A stretch of 64,000 bases of DNA, from assembly GCA_937919655.1 (NCBI GenBank), contig CALFPJ010000022.1, positions 64,986-128,985 on the forward strand, given 5' to 3'. The notes beneath the pieces are model-generated. The model saw nothing but the letters and a program-made list of their open reading frames with translations, was not told where the DNA came from and did not search any database. A program made the translations under genes and the position numbers. Shown here in pieces: positions 1-9,282 of this stretch; position 1 is the first letter of the stretch, and every line of letters starts with the position of its first letter. Source of the DNA: an uncultured Gemmatimonadales bacterium (GTDB taxonomy: Bacteria; Gemmatimonadota; Gemmatimonadetes; Longimicrobiales; Gaopeijiaceae).

Positions 1-421
1 CGATCCATCCCATGCCTTCATTGGTCTTACCCTTGATGGAGATCGCTGCCGAGCTGATTCCCAAAACCTGGGCCATACGCGTGCGCATGGCGTCCGCGTG
101 GGGCCCTATCTTCGGCGTCTCACAAATCACCGTGACATCAATGTTGACGATGCGGTAGTCCCGAGCGTCTAGTATCCGCGCTGCCCGCCCAAGGAGGTCC
201 ATGGAGTCGGCATCCTTCCACTCCTCGTCACTCGGAGGGAAATGGCTGCCTACGTTACCCGCGGCGGCGGCGCCGAGGACTGCATCGATAATGGCATGAG
301 CAACCGCATCACCATCCGAATGGCCGCTGAGCCCAGCGTGGTCCGGAATTCGTACCCCTCCCAAGACCAGTTCTCGCCCGTCCTGGAACCGATGCGAGTC
401 GTATCCCGTTCCAATCCTCAT
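1..421 (-). CDS. ispF: 2-C-methyl-D-erythritol 2,4-cyclodiphosphate synthase IspF; 3' end cut by window edge
   Basis: Manual minus-strand translation from the ATG at 419-421 gives MRIGTGYDSHRFQDGRELVLGGVRIPDHAGLSGHSDGDAVAHAIIDAVLGAAA..., a canonical IspF. It is absent from the ORF track because it runs off the window. Confidence 0.85.
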   Translation of the reverse strand, partial: MRIGTGYDSHRFQDGRELVLGGVRIPDHAGLSGHSDGDAVAHAIIDAVLGAAAAGNVGSHFPPSDEEWKDADSMDLLGRAARILDARDYRIVNIDVTVICETPKIGPHADAMRTRMAQVLGISSAAISIKGKTNEGMGWI

Positions 422-434
422 CCTGAATGGACGG

Positions 435-1709
435 TCAGCCGTCCCACCTGCGGATCGCCAGGCACGCGTTGTGTCCACCGAAGCCGAACGAGTTACTCAG
501 CGCCAGCGAAACGGGCCGCTCGATCATGCCACCGTGACCGTATTCTAAGTCACACTCCGGATCCGGTACGGAGAAGTTGATCGTGGGTGGGATCTTTCCT
601 GTCCGACACACCTGGATACACGCAATCGCCTCTAGGGCGCCCGCCGCACCGAGCAAGTGTCCGGTCATCGATTTTGTTGACCCGACCACCGTCTTGTAAG
701 CATGATCGCCCAGAACCGCCTTGATGGCGAAAGTCTCAATCGCGTCAGCCATCGTCGAGGTTCCGTGCGCGTTGACGTAACCCACGTCCTCGTTCGTCGC
801 ACCCGCATACTCGAGCGCCATACGCATCGCGTTTTGAGCCCCATAACCATCCGGCGGAGGAGCCGTGATGTGGTAGGCATCGGCGGATAGGCCATAACCG
901 ACCACCTCAGCCAAGATGTTCGCACCCCGGGCTTGGGCGTGCTCCAAGGCCTCGAGAACAACAGCTCCGGAACCCTCACCCATCACGAAACCGTCGCGGT
1001 CACCCGAGAAGGGCCTGCTCGCCCCTTCCGGGTCGTCGTTCCTGGTAGACATGGCCTTCAACGCAGAGAACCCCGCGAAGGTCATCGGGGTGATCGTCGC
1101 CTCGGAACCGCCGGCAATCATCATATCCGCGTCGCCGTGGCGAATGTGACGCATCGCGTCACCGATGGCATGCGCAGAAGAAGCGCACGCGGACACCGTC
1201 GCGTAGTTAGGGCCCTGCAGATTCCACCGCATGGAGATAAAACCAGCGGTGATGTCTGGAATAAACATCGGGATAAAGAAGGGACTCACACGACCCGGGC
1301 CGCCCTCAAGCATCCTCTTGTGCTGTTCTTCAAACGTCTTTATGCCCCCAATTCCGGTCCCGAAAATCACGCCGAAACGTTTCGGGTCCATCCCGGGCGG
1401 CAGACCGTCCAACCCCGCCGAAGCGAGGGCTTCGGCAGAGGCCGCCACGCCGAACTGAGACACTCGGTCGTGTCGCTTGACGTCCTTCCTGTCCATGGTG
1501 TCGAGCGGATCGAAGTCCTTTACTTCGCACCCGATTCGGCAGGCCCACGCCTCGGTGGCCTCCCATTGCGTGACGGGCCCACCCCCGCTCTTACCAGCCA
1601 GCATGTTCTGCCAGCTGGTGGGTACATCGTTCCCGACAGGAGAAACCAATCCCATTCCAGTCACGACGACCCTACGCGTTTCGCGTCCCGTCACATGCCC
1701 CATGGTCAT
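435..1709 (-). CDS. fabF: 3-oxoacyl-ACP synthase II
   Basis: 424 aa; KAS-II-type active-site cysteine context (ATVSACASS) and C-terminal SNSFGFGGHNA; position after acpP. Confidence 0.95.
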   Translation of the reverse strand: MTMGHVTGRETRRVVVTGMGLVSPVGNDVPTSWQNMLAGKSGGGPVTQWEATEAWACRIGCEVKDFDPLDTMDRKDVKRHDRVSQFGVAASAEALASAGLDGLPPGMDPKRFGVIFGTGIGGIKTFEEQHKRMLEGGPGRVSPFFIPMFIPDITAGFISMRWNLQGPNYATVSACASSAHAIGDAMRHIRHGDADMMIAGGSEATITPMTFAGFSALKAMSTRNDDPEGASRPFSGDRDGFVMGEGSGAVVLEALEHAQARGANILAEVVGYGLSADAYHITAPPPDGYGAQNAMRMALEYAGATNEDVGYVNAHGTSTMADAIETFAIKAVLGDHAYKTVVGSTKSMTGHLLGAAGALEAIACIQVCRTGKIPPTINFSVPDPECDLEYGHGGMIERPVSLALSNSFGFGGHNACLAIRRWDG

Positions 1710-1734
1710 ACCCTTTCCATCAAAAGAGTCGGGT

Positions 1735-1977
1735 TCAGCCCTCGCCGTTCTCTTTCAAGTACTTGATCGCGTCACCAACGGTACGCATTTGCTCGGCGTC
1801 TTCGTCCGGAATGTCGACCCCGAACTCCTCTTCAAACGCCATCACGAGTTCAACGGTGTCCAGCGAGTCGGCACCCAGATCCTCCACGAAGGAGGCGTCG
1901 TCGGTGACCTTCTCGGGCTCTACGCCCAACTCGTTGATAATGATCTCACGTACCCGGGCCTCGATGGGCTCGCTCAT
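1735..1977 (-). CDS. acpP: acyl carrier protein
   Basis: 80 aa with DLGADSLD phosphopantetheine-attachment motif. Confidence 0.95.
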   Translation of the reverse strand: MSEPIEARVREIIINELGVEPEKVTDDASFVEDLGADSLDTVELVMAFEEEFGVDIPDEDAEQMRTVGDAIKYLKENGEG

Positions 1978-2047
1978 AGCTCCTCCTATAGGGGTGTGTT
2001 CGATGTTCTAGTGTGTGTCGCTGGCGGGAAAACGGCGGCGAACAGGA

Positions 2048-2809
2048 CTACATCACCATCCCGCCGTCGACCGCCAAAACCTGGCCGGTAATGTAGCGGG
2101 CTGAAGGGCCCACGAGAAACCTCGCGACCCCGCCAATGTCATCTGTTTCACCAAGCCTTCCGAGTGGAATCTGACCCTGGAGCGCCTCAACCTGCGCATC
2201 GGTCAAATCGTGGGTCATATCCGTGCGGATAAATCCCGGTGCAAGTGCGTTACAACGCACCCCGCGGGAGGCCAATTCCTTCGCGACGCTCTTCGTCATC
2301 CCGATCATGCCAGCCTTCGAAGCGGCGTAATTGGCCTGACCCGCATTACCAATCAGCCCAACCACCGAAGTGATATTCAGAATCACGCCGTCCCTGCGCT
2401 TCATCATACCGCGCGCCGCTGCACGCGTGAAATTAAAGGCGCCCTTGAGGTTAGCTGCTATCACCTCATCGAATTCCTCATCCTTCATTCGCAGGAGAAT
2501 ATTGTCACGGGTGATCCCGGCATTGTTCACCAAGATGTCCACAGGGCCCACCTCGGACTCAACCAGGGCAAGCACCTCCTTGACCTGTTCCGAATCCGCT
2601 ACGTCGCACGAAAAGCCACAGTGTCCGGAGCCAGTCAATTTCGCGGCGGCGGCCTTCGCCCGCTCACCGTCGCGCCCGATCACCGCAATTCTGGCACCGC
2701 CGGCCGCGAGGGATTCCGCGATCGCGAGACCAATGCCCCGGGACCCACCGGTAACAAGGGCCACCTTCCCTTCCAATTCTCCTGCGCTCATCGCTCTTAC
2801 TCCCCCCAA
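2048..2809 (-). CDS. fabG: 3-oxoacyl-ACP reductase
   Basis: 253 aa SDR with TGGSRGIG Rossmann motif; fab cluster context. Confidence 0.92.
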   Translation of the reverse strand: MGGVRAMSAGELEGKVALVTGGSRGIGLAIAESLAAGGARIAVIGRDGERAKAAAAKLTGSGHCGFSCDVADSEQVKEVLALVESEVGPVDILVNNAGITRDNILLRMKDEEFDEVIAANLKGAFNFTRAAARGMMKRRDGVILNITSVVGLIGNAGQANYAASKAGMIGMTKSVAKELASRGVRCNALAPGFIRTDMTHDLTDAQVEALQGQIPLGRLGETDDIGGVARFLVGPSARYITGQVLAVDGGMVM

Positions 2810-2815
2810 CGACGT

Positions 2816-3739
2816 CTAGGCGTCGTTCTCGAAAGATTCTAAATCCGCGGGTTCGCCAAGAGAAAAACAAGAAATCCCCTTCGCATTACGGCGGTTGAGC
2901 CCGCAAAGCACATTGCCCGGACCCAGTTCGAGAAAGGAATCGACTCCAGCCGCCACCATCGCGGCCACGGAAGCACTCCAGCGAACAGGAGACGTCAATT
3001 GCCTCACGAGCAGTTCCCTGGCCTCTGCACCATCAGAGACGGGCCCTGCCGTCACATTGGACATCACTGGATACTCCGGATCACGAAATTCGATCGCCTC
3101 GAGTTTCTTCCTCAACCCGGTAGCAGCCGGCTCCATCAGGGGCGAATGGAAGGCCCCGGAGACGTTCAATTGCACCACTCGCTTGGCTCCAGCCTCTTTG
3201 GCGCGCTCCATACCCTGGGCCACCCCCAGGAGATCTCCGCTGATCACGACCTGCCCCGCCGAATTAAAATTGGCAGGAACACAAACGCCGACGTCCACAG
3301 AGTTGCATACATCCTCAAGCAAAGCGTCATCGAGTCCCAAAACAGCAGCCATTGTTCCGGGGCGTTCTTGCCCGGCCGCGAACATGAGTTCGCCACGCAG
3401 ACGCACTGCGGACAGCGCGTCCTCGAAGGTCAGCGTGCCCGCGGCAACATGCGCGCTGAATTCACCGAGCGAATGGCCGGCCGCGAAGGAAATTGTACCC
3501 ACCCGACCCTGCACCACCCGAAGAACCGCCACCGAATGAGCGAGAAGTGCCGGTTGGGCATTCTTCGTCGCCGTGAGCTCATCCTGCGGCCCGTCGGCCA
3601 TCAACGCAGTCAACGAAAAGCCGAGGACCTCGTCAGCGGCCGCAAGGACCGCTGCGGCCGCGGGCTCAGAGGCAGCGAGCGCCCGGGCCATGCCAACGAC
3701 CTGCGAGCCCTGGCCAGGGAAGATCAAAGCGAGCGACAT
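2816..3739 (-). CDS. fabD: malonyl CoA-ACP transacylase
   Basis: FPGQGSQ and GHSLGE motifs. Start is probably at the internal MSLALIFPGQGSQ (3739); the track ORF extends to 3775. Confidence 0.9.
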   Translation of the reverse strand: MSLALIFPGQGSQVVGMARALAASEPAAAAVLAAADEVLGFSLTALMADGPQDELTATKNAQPALLAHSVAVLRVVQGRVGTISFAAGHSLGEFSAHVAAGTLTFEDALSAVRLRGELMFAAGQERPGTMAAVLGLDDALLEDVCNSVDVGVCVPANFNSAGQVVISGDLLGVAQGMERAKEAGAKRVVQLNVSGAFHSPLMEPAATGLRKKLEAIEFRDPEYPVMSNVTAGPVSDGAEARELLVRQLTSPVRWSASVAAMVAAGVDSFLELGPGNVLCGLNRRNAKGISCFSLGEPADLESFENDA

Positions 3740-3747
3740 GGTGGGAA

Positions 3748-4749
3748 CTACCAGCGCAGCGCCATGGCGCCCCAAGTTAGACCTGCACCGAACGCGACGA
3801 TGAGGACATGGGAGCCGGGCCGAATCAGGCCCTGTTCCACCGCCTCATCCAAAGCCACGGGCACCGTCGCTGAACTCATATTCCCGTAACGATCCACATT
3901 CACGTACACCTTGTCCATCGGAATGCCCGCGTATTTTGCAGTCGCTTCAATGATGCGGATGTTGGCCTGATGCGGGACAAGCAGGTCGATGTCGTCCGCC
4001 GTGAGTCCAGCCTGCGCCAGAGCACGTTCGCAAGCATCGGCCATCGAACGCACTGCATTCTTGAAGATCTCGCGACCGTTCATGCGCACGAGGTAACTGC
4101 GATCGTCTAGGACGGCCTGGCTCATGGGGTGTTGGGCTCCACCGCCAGGACGATTGAGGAGATCGGCAAGGTTCCCGTCAGAGCGCAGATGGCTCGAAAG
4201 AATGCCCCTATTCGCGCCATTGGCGAGCCGAACCACAGCGGCACCCGCACCGTCACCGAAGAGCACGGAGGTGGTGCGGTCTTCCCAGTCGACAATCGAG
4301 CTCATTTTTTCCGTGGAGATGACGAGCGCGATCTCACCACGACCGGCAGCCAGATAACCCTCGGCCATACTGAGCCCATAGATGAAGCCTGAACACGCCG
4401 CCATGATGTCGAAGGCAACTGCGTTGGTGCACCCCAGTAACGCCTGGGCGTCACACGCGGTTGACGGCAGCCACCTGTCCGGCGTCGCGGTGGACAGAAT
4501 GAGAATGTCCACCTCACCTGGCTCAATGCCAGCTCGTTGCATGGCCTGACGCGCGGCCGCAGCTCCCATCGCGGCTGCGCCAAGTCCCTCCGGAGGCGAT
4601 ATGCGGCGCTCTCGAATCCCGGTACGAGAAAAAATCCACTCGTCAGAGGTGTCCATACCCTGCGCGAGGTCATCGTTCGTAACGATGTTGTCGGGCAGAT
4701 ATCGACCCATCGCGGCGATCTCGACCAGCGGCGTCGGCTTTTTCATCAT
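3748..4749 (-). CDS. fabH: 3-oxoacyl-ACP synthase III
   Basis: 333 aa; typical FabH fold with AACSGF active-site cysteine. Confidence 0.92.
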   Translation of the reverse strand: MMKKPTPLVEIAAMGRYLPDNIVTNDDLAQGMDTSDEWIFSRTGIRERRISPPEGLGAAAMGAAAARQAMQRAGIEPGEVDILILSTATPDRWLPSTACDAQALLGCTNAVAFDIMAACSGFIYGLSMAEGYLAAGRGEIALVISTEKMSSIVDWEDRTTSVLFGDGAGAAVVRLANGANRGILSSHLRSDGNLADLLNRPGGGAQHPMSQAVLDDRSYLVRMNGREIFKNAVRSMADACERALAQAGLTADDIDLLVPHQANIRIIEATAKYAGIPMDKVYVNVDRYGNMSSATVPVALDEAVEQGLIRPGSHVLIVAFGAGLTWGAMALRW

Positions 4750-5738
4750 GACTCCTCGGTCGGCACCGCGAGTTCCCGCGCGCTGTGCTGGACCATCTCT
4801 GAACGGACTGCCTTCGCGGCGACCTTGAGGGCGTTTCTAATCGCCTTGGGCGTTGAGCCCCCGTGGCAAATCACTGACACCCCGCCGACTCCCAGAAGCG
4901 GAGCGCCTCCGGTCTCTGCATAGTCCAACACGCGAAAGACATTGTCCAGGTCGAGCTCGGTCCCCGACGCGGTCACTTGATTCTGGAGCAGGCCGATGAT
5001 GAAGGTCGCGACCGACTCGTAGAACTTCAGAAGAACATTTCCCACGAATCCGTCACAGACCACGACGTCGCAAGAGTCCTTGATGATATCCCGTCCTTCG
5101 ACGTTACCGACGAAGTTGAGACTGCTCTCCGCACTCAGAAGCCGATGTGCTTCTACCGACAGTTCGTCACCTTTCCCGGGCTCCTCCCCAATATTGAGCA
5201 ACCCAATCCGAGGATTCTCACGCCCCATCATGTCTTGAGCGAAGATATTGCCCAAATGTGCGAACTGGATGAGGTGGTGGGGCTTGCAGTCAACGTTGGC
5301 GCCAGAATCGAGGAGCAAACACGGCTTGCCTGATGTAGGCAGAATCGTCCCAATCGCTGGGCGGTCCACCCCGGGCAGGGGTCGCAAGATAAAAAGTGAG
5401 GTAGCCATCACCGCGCCCGTAGACCCGGCGCTGACGAACGCATCGGCCTCGCCCGATTGGTGCAGCCTCAGTCCGACCACGATGGACGACTTAGGCTTGC
5501 GGCGAATAACAGATGCAGGCGAGTCGGACGCAGTCACCCTGTCCGGGGCATGATGAATACTCAGCCCCGGGGGAACCACGTCATAAAGGGCAAGCTCAGC
5601 CTCGAGTATTTCGCGGTCGCCAACTAATACGACCTCGACATCGGGACCGAGACCGAGCTCACTGAGGGCCTCGACCGCCCCCGCCACTTCCGATCTTGGG
5701 GCGTGGTCGGTACCCATCGCGTCTAGGGCGATGCGCAC
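4746..5738 (-). CDS. plsX: phosphate acyltransferase PlsX
   Basis: 330 aa; MRIALDAMGTDHAP N-terminus; 4-nt overlap with fabH. Confidence 0.92.
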   Translation of the reverse strand: MRIALDAMGTDHAPRSEVAGAVEALSELGLGPDVEVVLVGDREILEAELALYDVVPPGLSIHHAPDRVTASDSPASVIRRKPKSSIVVGLRLHQSGEADAFVSAGSTGAVMATSLFILRPLPGVDRPAIGTILPTSGKPCLLLDSGANVDCKPHHLIQFAHLGNIFAQDMMGRENPRIGLLNIGEEPGKGDELSVEAHRLLSAESSLNFVGNVEGRDIIKDSCDVVVCDGFVGNVLLKFYESVATFIIGLLQNQVTASGTELDLDNVFRVLDYAETGGAPLLGVGGVSVICHGGSTPKAIRNALKVAAKAVRSEMVQHSARELAVPTEES

Positions 5739-5786
5739 CTAGGACCTCATCTCAGAGCTTCGGACATAGGTCGGGGGAACCCCGAA

Positions 5787-5969
5787 CTAGTCTACTTGGG
5801 CTTCGAGGACGGGCTCGCCACGATAGTGTCCACAATTGGGACACACCCGATGGGGAACCTTGGGATCCCCACAATGCCCACACGCGTTGACCGTGACACC
5901 CTCAGCCTTAATGTGGGTGCGACGCTTCCGCTTACGCTGCTTCGAAGTACGTCTTTTTGGAACCGCCAT
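5787..5969 (-). CDS. rpmF: 50S ribosomal protein L32
   Basis: 60 aa [17 protein letters not shown]... with a CxxC...CxxC zinc ribbon. Confidence 0.95.
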   Translation of the reverse strand: MAVPKRRTSKQRKRKRRTHIKAEGVTVNACGHCGDPKVPHRVCPNCGHYRGEPVLEAQVD

Positions 5970-5976
5970 GACCTGC

Positions 5977-6492
5977 TCACTTTTCCTTGAGCGCCCTGAG
6001 TGCCTCCCAGCGGGGATCAGGCTCGTCCGAACTACAGGAGCAAGAACCGGTATTTCGGTTCACTCCGCAGATCGAGCAAAGCCCTAGGCAGTCAGACTCG
6101 CACACCACGTATGGATCGACAGCGAGGAGAATTTCCTCGCGAACCGCGCTACTTAGATCGAGCTCAGCGCTCGAGTCGTAAACGTACACACCTTCATCAT
6201 CTTCCGTATCCGATGCTCCGGACTCAACGAACACAGCCGTAAGGTCGTGCTCGAAGCGCACCAGCACCGGCTCAAGGCAGCGTCGACACTCGCGTGCGAG
6301 TACCCCCTCAATAGCCCCTCTGACAACAATTTCACCGCTACCGGCATTCGAAGCTTGTAGTTTCACTCCTACCGGGCCAGCCCACGGAAAATCGCCTTCA
6401 TCCCACAACGGCGCATCCACGGGCAACTCAGCCTCGACCTGGACAGATCCCTCTCGTCCGAGACGATTTAGATCAAGACGTAGCATAGTCAT
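5977..6492 (-). CDS. yceD: YceD/DUF177-family protein
   Basis: 171 aa acidic protein with C-terminal CxxC...CxxC; conserved position upstream of rpmF-plsX. Confidence 0.8.
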   Translation of the reverse strand: MTMLRLDLNRLGREGSVQVEAELPVDAPLWDEGDFPWAGPVGVKLQASNAGSGEIVVRGAIEGVLARECRRCLEPVLVRFEHDLTAVFVESGASDTEDDEGVYVYDSSAELDLSSAVREEILLAVDPYVVCESDCLGLCSICGVNRNTGSCSCSSDEPDPRWEALRALKEK

Positions 6493-6578
6493 GAAAACTA
6501 GCTACGACACCGAAATTGTCTAGGCGTTGTCCGCTTTTGTTTTCCAGGCTGAGTAGAGGTCGAAACACCTTCTTCCGG

Positions 6579-7001
6579 TCACCCTACCGCGAGTCGCCCA
6601 TGCCCCGAAAAGAAGAAGCCGATCTCGTTGGCAGCATTCTCGTCGGAGTCCGATGCGTGGATGGCGTTCCGCCCTTTTGACTCTGCATAAAGCTTCCGTA
6701 CCGTTCCCTCCGCGGCCTCTGCAGGGTCGGTCGCGCCGATTGCATCCCGGAGCTTCGGGACGGCGTTCTCGGCCTCTAGCGCCATCGGGATCACCGGCCC
6801 CGACATCATGAACTCGACCAACTCATCGTAAAACGGCCGCCCGGCATGCACCGCGTAAAACGCGCCGGCCTGCTTCGCAGTCAGGGAAGTGAACGTCAGC
6901 GCCTTGACGGTAAACCCGGCGCGCTCGAGCAAGGCGATGATATTGCCGGCGTTACCCGCTGCCACGGCATCAGGCTTAATAATTGCAAGCGTCTGGCTCA
7001 T
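6579..7001 (-). CDS. ndk: nucleoside diphosphate kinase
   Basis: 140 aa; [13 protein letters not shown] and NAIHASDS motifs. Confidence 0.93.
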   Translation of the reverse strand: MSQTLAIIKPDAVAAGNAGNIIALLERAGFTVKALTFTSLTAKQAGAFYAVHAGRPFYDELVEFMMSGPVIPMALEAENAVPKLRDAIGATDPAEAAEGTVRKLYAESKGRNAIHASDSDENAANEIGFFFSGHGRLAVG

Positions 7002-7121
7002 AAGTCTTGTTGGTTCTCTGTTTTTGTAATCGCGGCGCCCTCGCGTAGGGTCCGCAAAATCGAATCATGTGTGACCATTTTGGGCGCCCGCGACCTATCG
7101 TGCCCGAACGTCCACGTCCGC

Positions 7122-8006
7122 CTAGGCGAGTGCAGCCCTGATGAGCCCAACGATGTCTGCAGGCCGCTGCGCCACAGTAATTCCGTTGTCCTCGAAGGCC
7201 TTGATCTTCTCTTCGGCCGTACCGGCAGAACCACTGATGATGGCGCCCGCGTGACCCATGCGGCGGCCCGGAGGTGCCGTCTGACCCGCGATGAAACCAA
7301 CCACCGGCTTGGACATGTGGTCAGTAACGAATTGGGCGGCTTCCTGTTCATCCGTCCCACCAATCTCACCGATCATCACCACCGCGGCAGTGTCCGGATC
7401 CGCCTCGAACGCCCGGAGGCAGTCGATAAAATTCGTGCCAATCAGAGGGTCTCCGCCGATCCCAACGCAGGTCGTCTGTCCAAGACCGTTACTGGTCAAT
7501 TGGAAAACAGCCTCATACGTCAGCGTGCCAGAACGGGAGACCACGCCAATCGGGCCCTCCGAGACGATCTGAGCCGGCAAAATGCCAACTTTGGATTTTC
7601 CCGGAGAGATCAGTCCTGGGCAATTCGGGCCGAGGACGCGCACGCCGCGGTCCCTAGCGAACGCATGCGCCATCGCCATATCGAGGACTGGAACACCCTC
7701 TGTGATCGCGACGACAAAGGAGATTCCTGAATCCGCGGCCTCAAGGATCGCTCCTGAAGCGAATGCCGGCGGTACATAGATCACGGAGGTGTTGGCTCCG
7801 GTCGCGGCGACCGCTTCGTCCATCGCGTTGAAGATCGGCACCGTCTTGCCGTCGGGCCCCTCGAAGCTCTGGCCGCCCTTTCCGGGTGTGACGCCGGCCA
7901 CGACCTGAGTGCCGTACTCCATCATTTGGCGCGTGTGGAACGAGCCGTCACGTCCCGTGATGCCCTGGACCACCAGCCGTGTGTCGTTGTCAATGAAGAT
8001 GGCCAT
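7122..8006 (-). CDS. sucD: succinyl-CoA ligase alpha subunit
   Basis: 294 aa with CoA-binding and His-phosphorylation loop (GHAGA). Confidence 0.93.
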   Translation of the reverse strand: MAIFIDNDTRLVVQGITGRDGSFHTRQMMEYGTQVVAGVTPGKGGQSFEGPDGKTVPIFNAMDEAVAATGANTSVIYVPPAFASGAILEAADSGISFVVAITEGVPVLDMAMAHAFARDRGVRVLGPNCPGLISPGKSKVGILPAQIVSEGPIGVVSRSGTLTYEAVFQLTSNGLGQTTCVGIGGDPLIGTNFIDCLRAFEADPDTAAVVMIGEIGGTDEQEAAQFVTDHMSKPVVGFIAGQTAPPGRRMGHAGAIISGSAGTAEEKIKAFEDNGITVAQRPADIVGLIRAALA

Positions 8007-9169
8007 TAGTTCGCTCCCGCCAGCGCGACGGCTTTTTCGACGACCGCGTCCATTGAGGTGTATGCGTCGAAACCAGCGTTCTTGAGAATCTCAAGCGCGA
8101 CTTCTTCGTTCGTGCCCGTGAGACGGATCACGATGGGCGGCTTGATATCGATTCTTTTGGTCGCTTCCACGATGCCATTCGCGACGTCGTCACAGCGTGT
8201 GATACCACCAAAGATGTTGAACAAGATCGACTTCACCTTCGGGTCTGAAGTAATGATCTCAAGGGCCGCGACAACTTTGTCAGGGTTCGAAGATCCGCCG
8301 ATGTCGAGGAAGTTGGCAGGCTCGCCCCCGTAGTACTTCACGAGGTCCATGGTGGCCATCGCAAGCCCTGCCCCGTTCACGCAGCAGCCGACGTTGCCGT
8401 CGAGCTTTACGTACGAAAGGTTGGCCTCCCGAGCCTTGATTTCCGACGCCGGCTCGCCGGAGCTGTCACGCATGGCGGCCACGTCTGGACGACGGAATAG
8501 TTCGGAGTCATCAATGCTCATCTTGGCATCGATCGCCTTCACCTCACCCGAGGGGGTGGTGACGAGCGGATTGATCTCGGCCATCGAGGCCCCAGCATCA
8601 ATAAACGCGTGATAGAGCTGCGTGATGATCTTGGCGGCCTGCTTGATGAGGCCGGGATCGTCGTACAAGTAGTTTGCCAACCACAGGCCCTGGTGCGGCA
8701 GAATTCCGTAACGAGGGTCGACCACGAGCTTACGAATCAGGTGCGGCGTCTCTGCCGCGACGGCCTCGATGTCGACGCCGCCCTCTGCGGAAACCATGAA
8801 GGTGGCCGCCTGATTGTTGCGGTCGACGAGAACACCCACATAGGCCTCGGTCTGGATGTCCTCGGCTGGGGTAACGAGGACCTTTTCGACGGTAAGTCCC
8901 TTGATCTCCATGCCGAGGATATTGCCCGCGTGCTCCCGAGCCTCAGTCGCGTCCTTGGCGAGCTTCACGCCACCGGCCTTGCCTCGACCCCCAGCGTGAA
9001 CCTGCGCCTTAACGACGACCATGCCCCCGTATTTGGAAGCGATCGCGTAAGCCTCATCTGGTGTGGTCGCGATCTCACCGGGGGGCACCGGAATGCCGGC
9101 GGCACGGAAACGTTCTTTTGCCTGATATTCGTGGATATCCATGGGGTCTCTTTTAAGGAGAAGCCGCAA
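8006..9169 (-). CDS. sucC: succinyl-CoA ligase beta subunit
   Basis: 387 aa ATP-grasp; [11 protein letters not shown]-terminus; 1-nt overlap with sucD. Confidence 0.93.
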   Translation of the reverse strand: MRLLLKRDPMDIHEYQAKERFRAAGIPVPPGEIATTPDEAYAIASKYGGMVVVKAQVHAGGRGKAGGVKLAKDATEAREHAGNILGMEIKGLTVEKVLVTPAEDIQTEAYVGVLVDRNNQAATFMVSAEGGVDIEAVAAETPHLIRKLVVDPRYGILPHQGLWLANYLYDDPGLIKQAAKIITQLYHAFIDAGASMAEINPLVTTPSGEVKAIDAKMSIDDSELFRRPDVAAMRDSSGEPASEIKAREANLSYVKLDGNVGCCVNGAGLAMATMDLVKYYGGEPANFLDIGGSSNPDKVVAALEIITSDPKVKSILFNIFGGITRCDDVANGIVEATKRIDIKPPIVIRLTGTNEEVALEILKNAGFDAYTSMDAVVEKAVALAGAN

Positions 9170-9282
9170 CAGCGGGCTTCAGCACACGGTTTTGTGGGCA
9201 CGCCGAGGTATTCAAGCTACCAGAGGGATGTAGGCCGATCAACGGCACGGAAGCCTCGGCGACCCGATGCGCCGGAGGGCGC

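Noticed and set aside
242-580. 112-aa plus-strand ORF at window start
   Set aside because: Overlaps ispF and fabF coding on the opposite strand.
933-1766. 277-aa plus-strand ORF
   Set aside because: Antisense to fabF.
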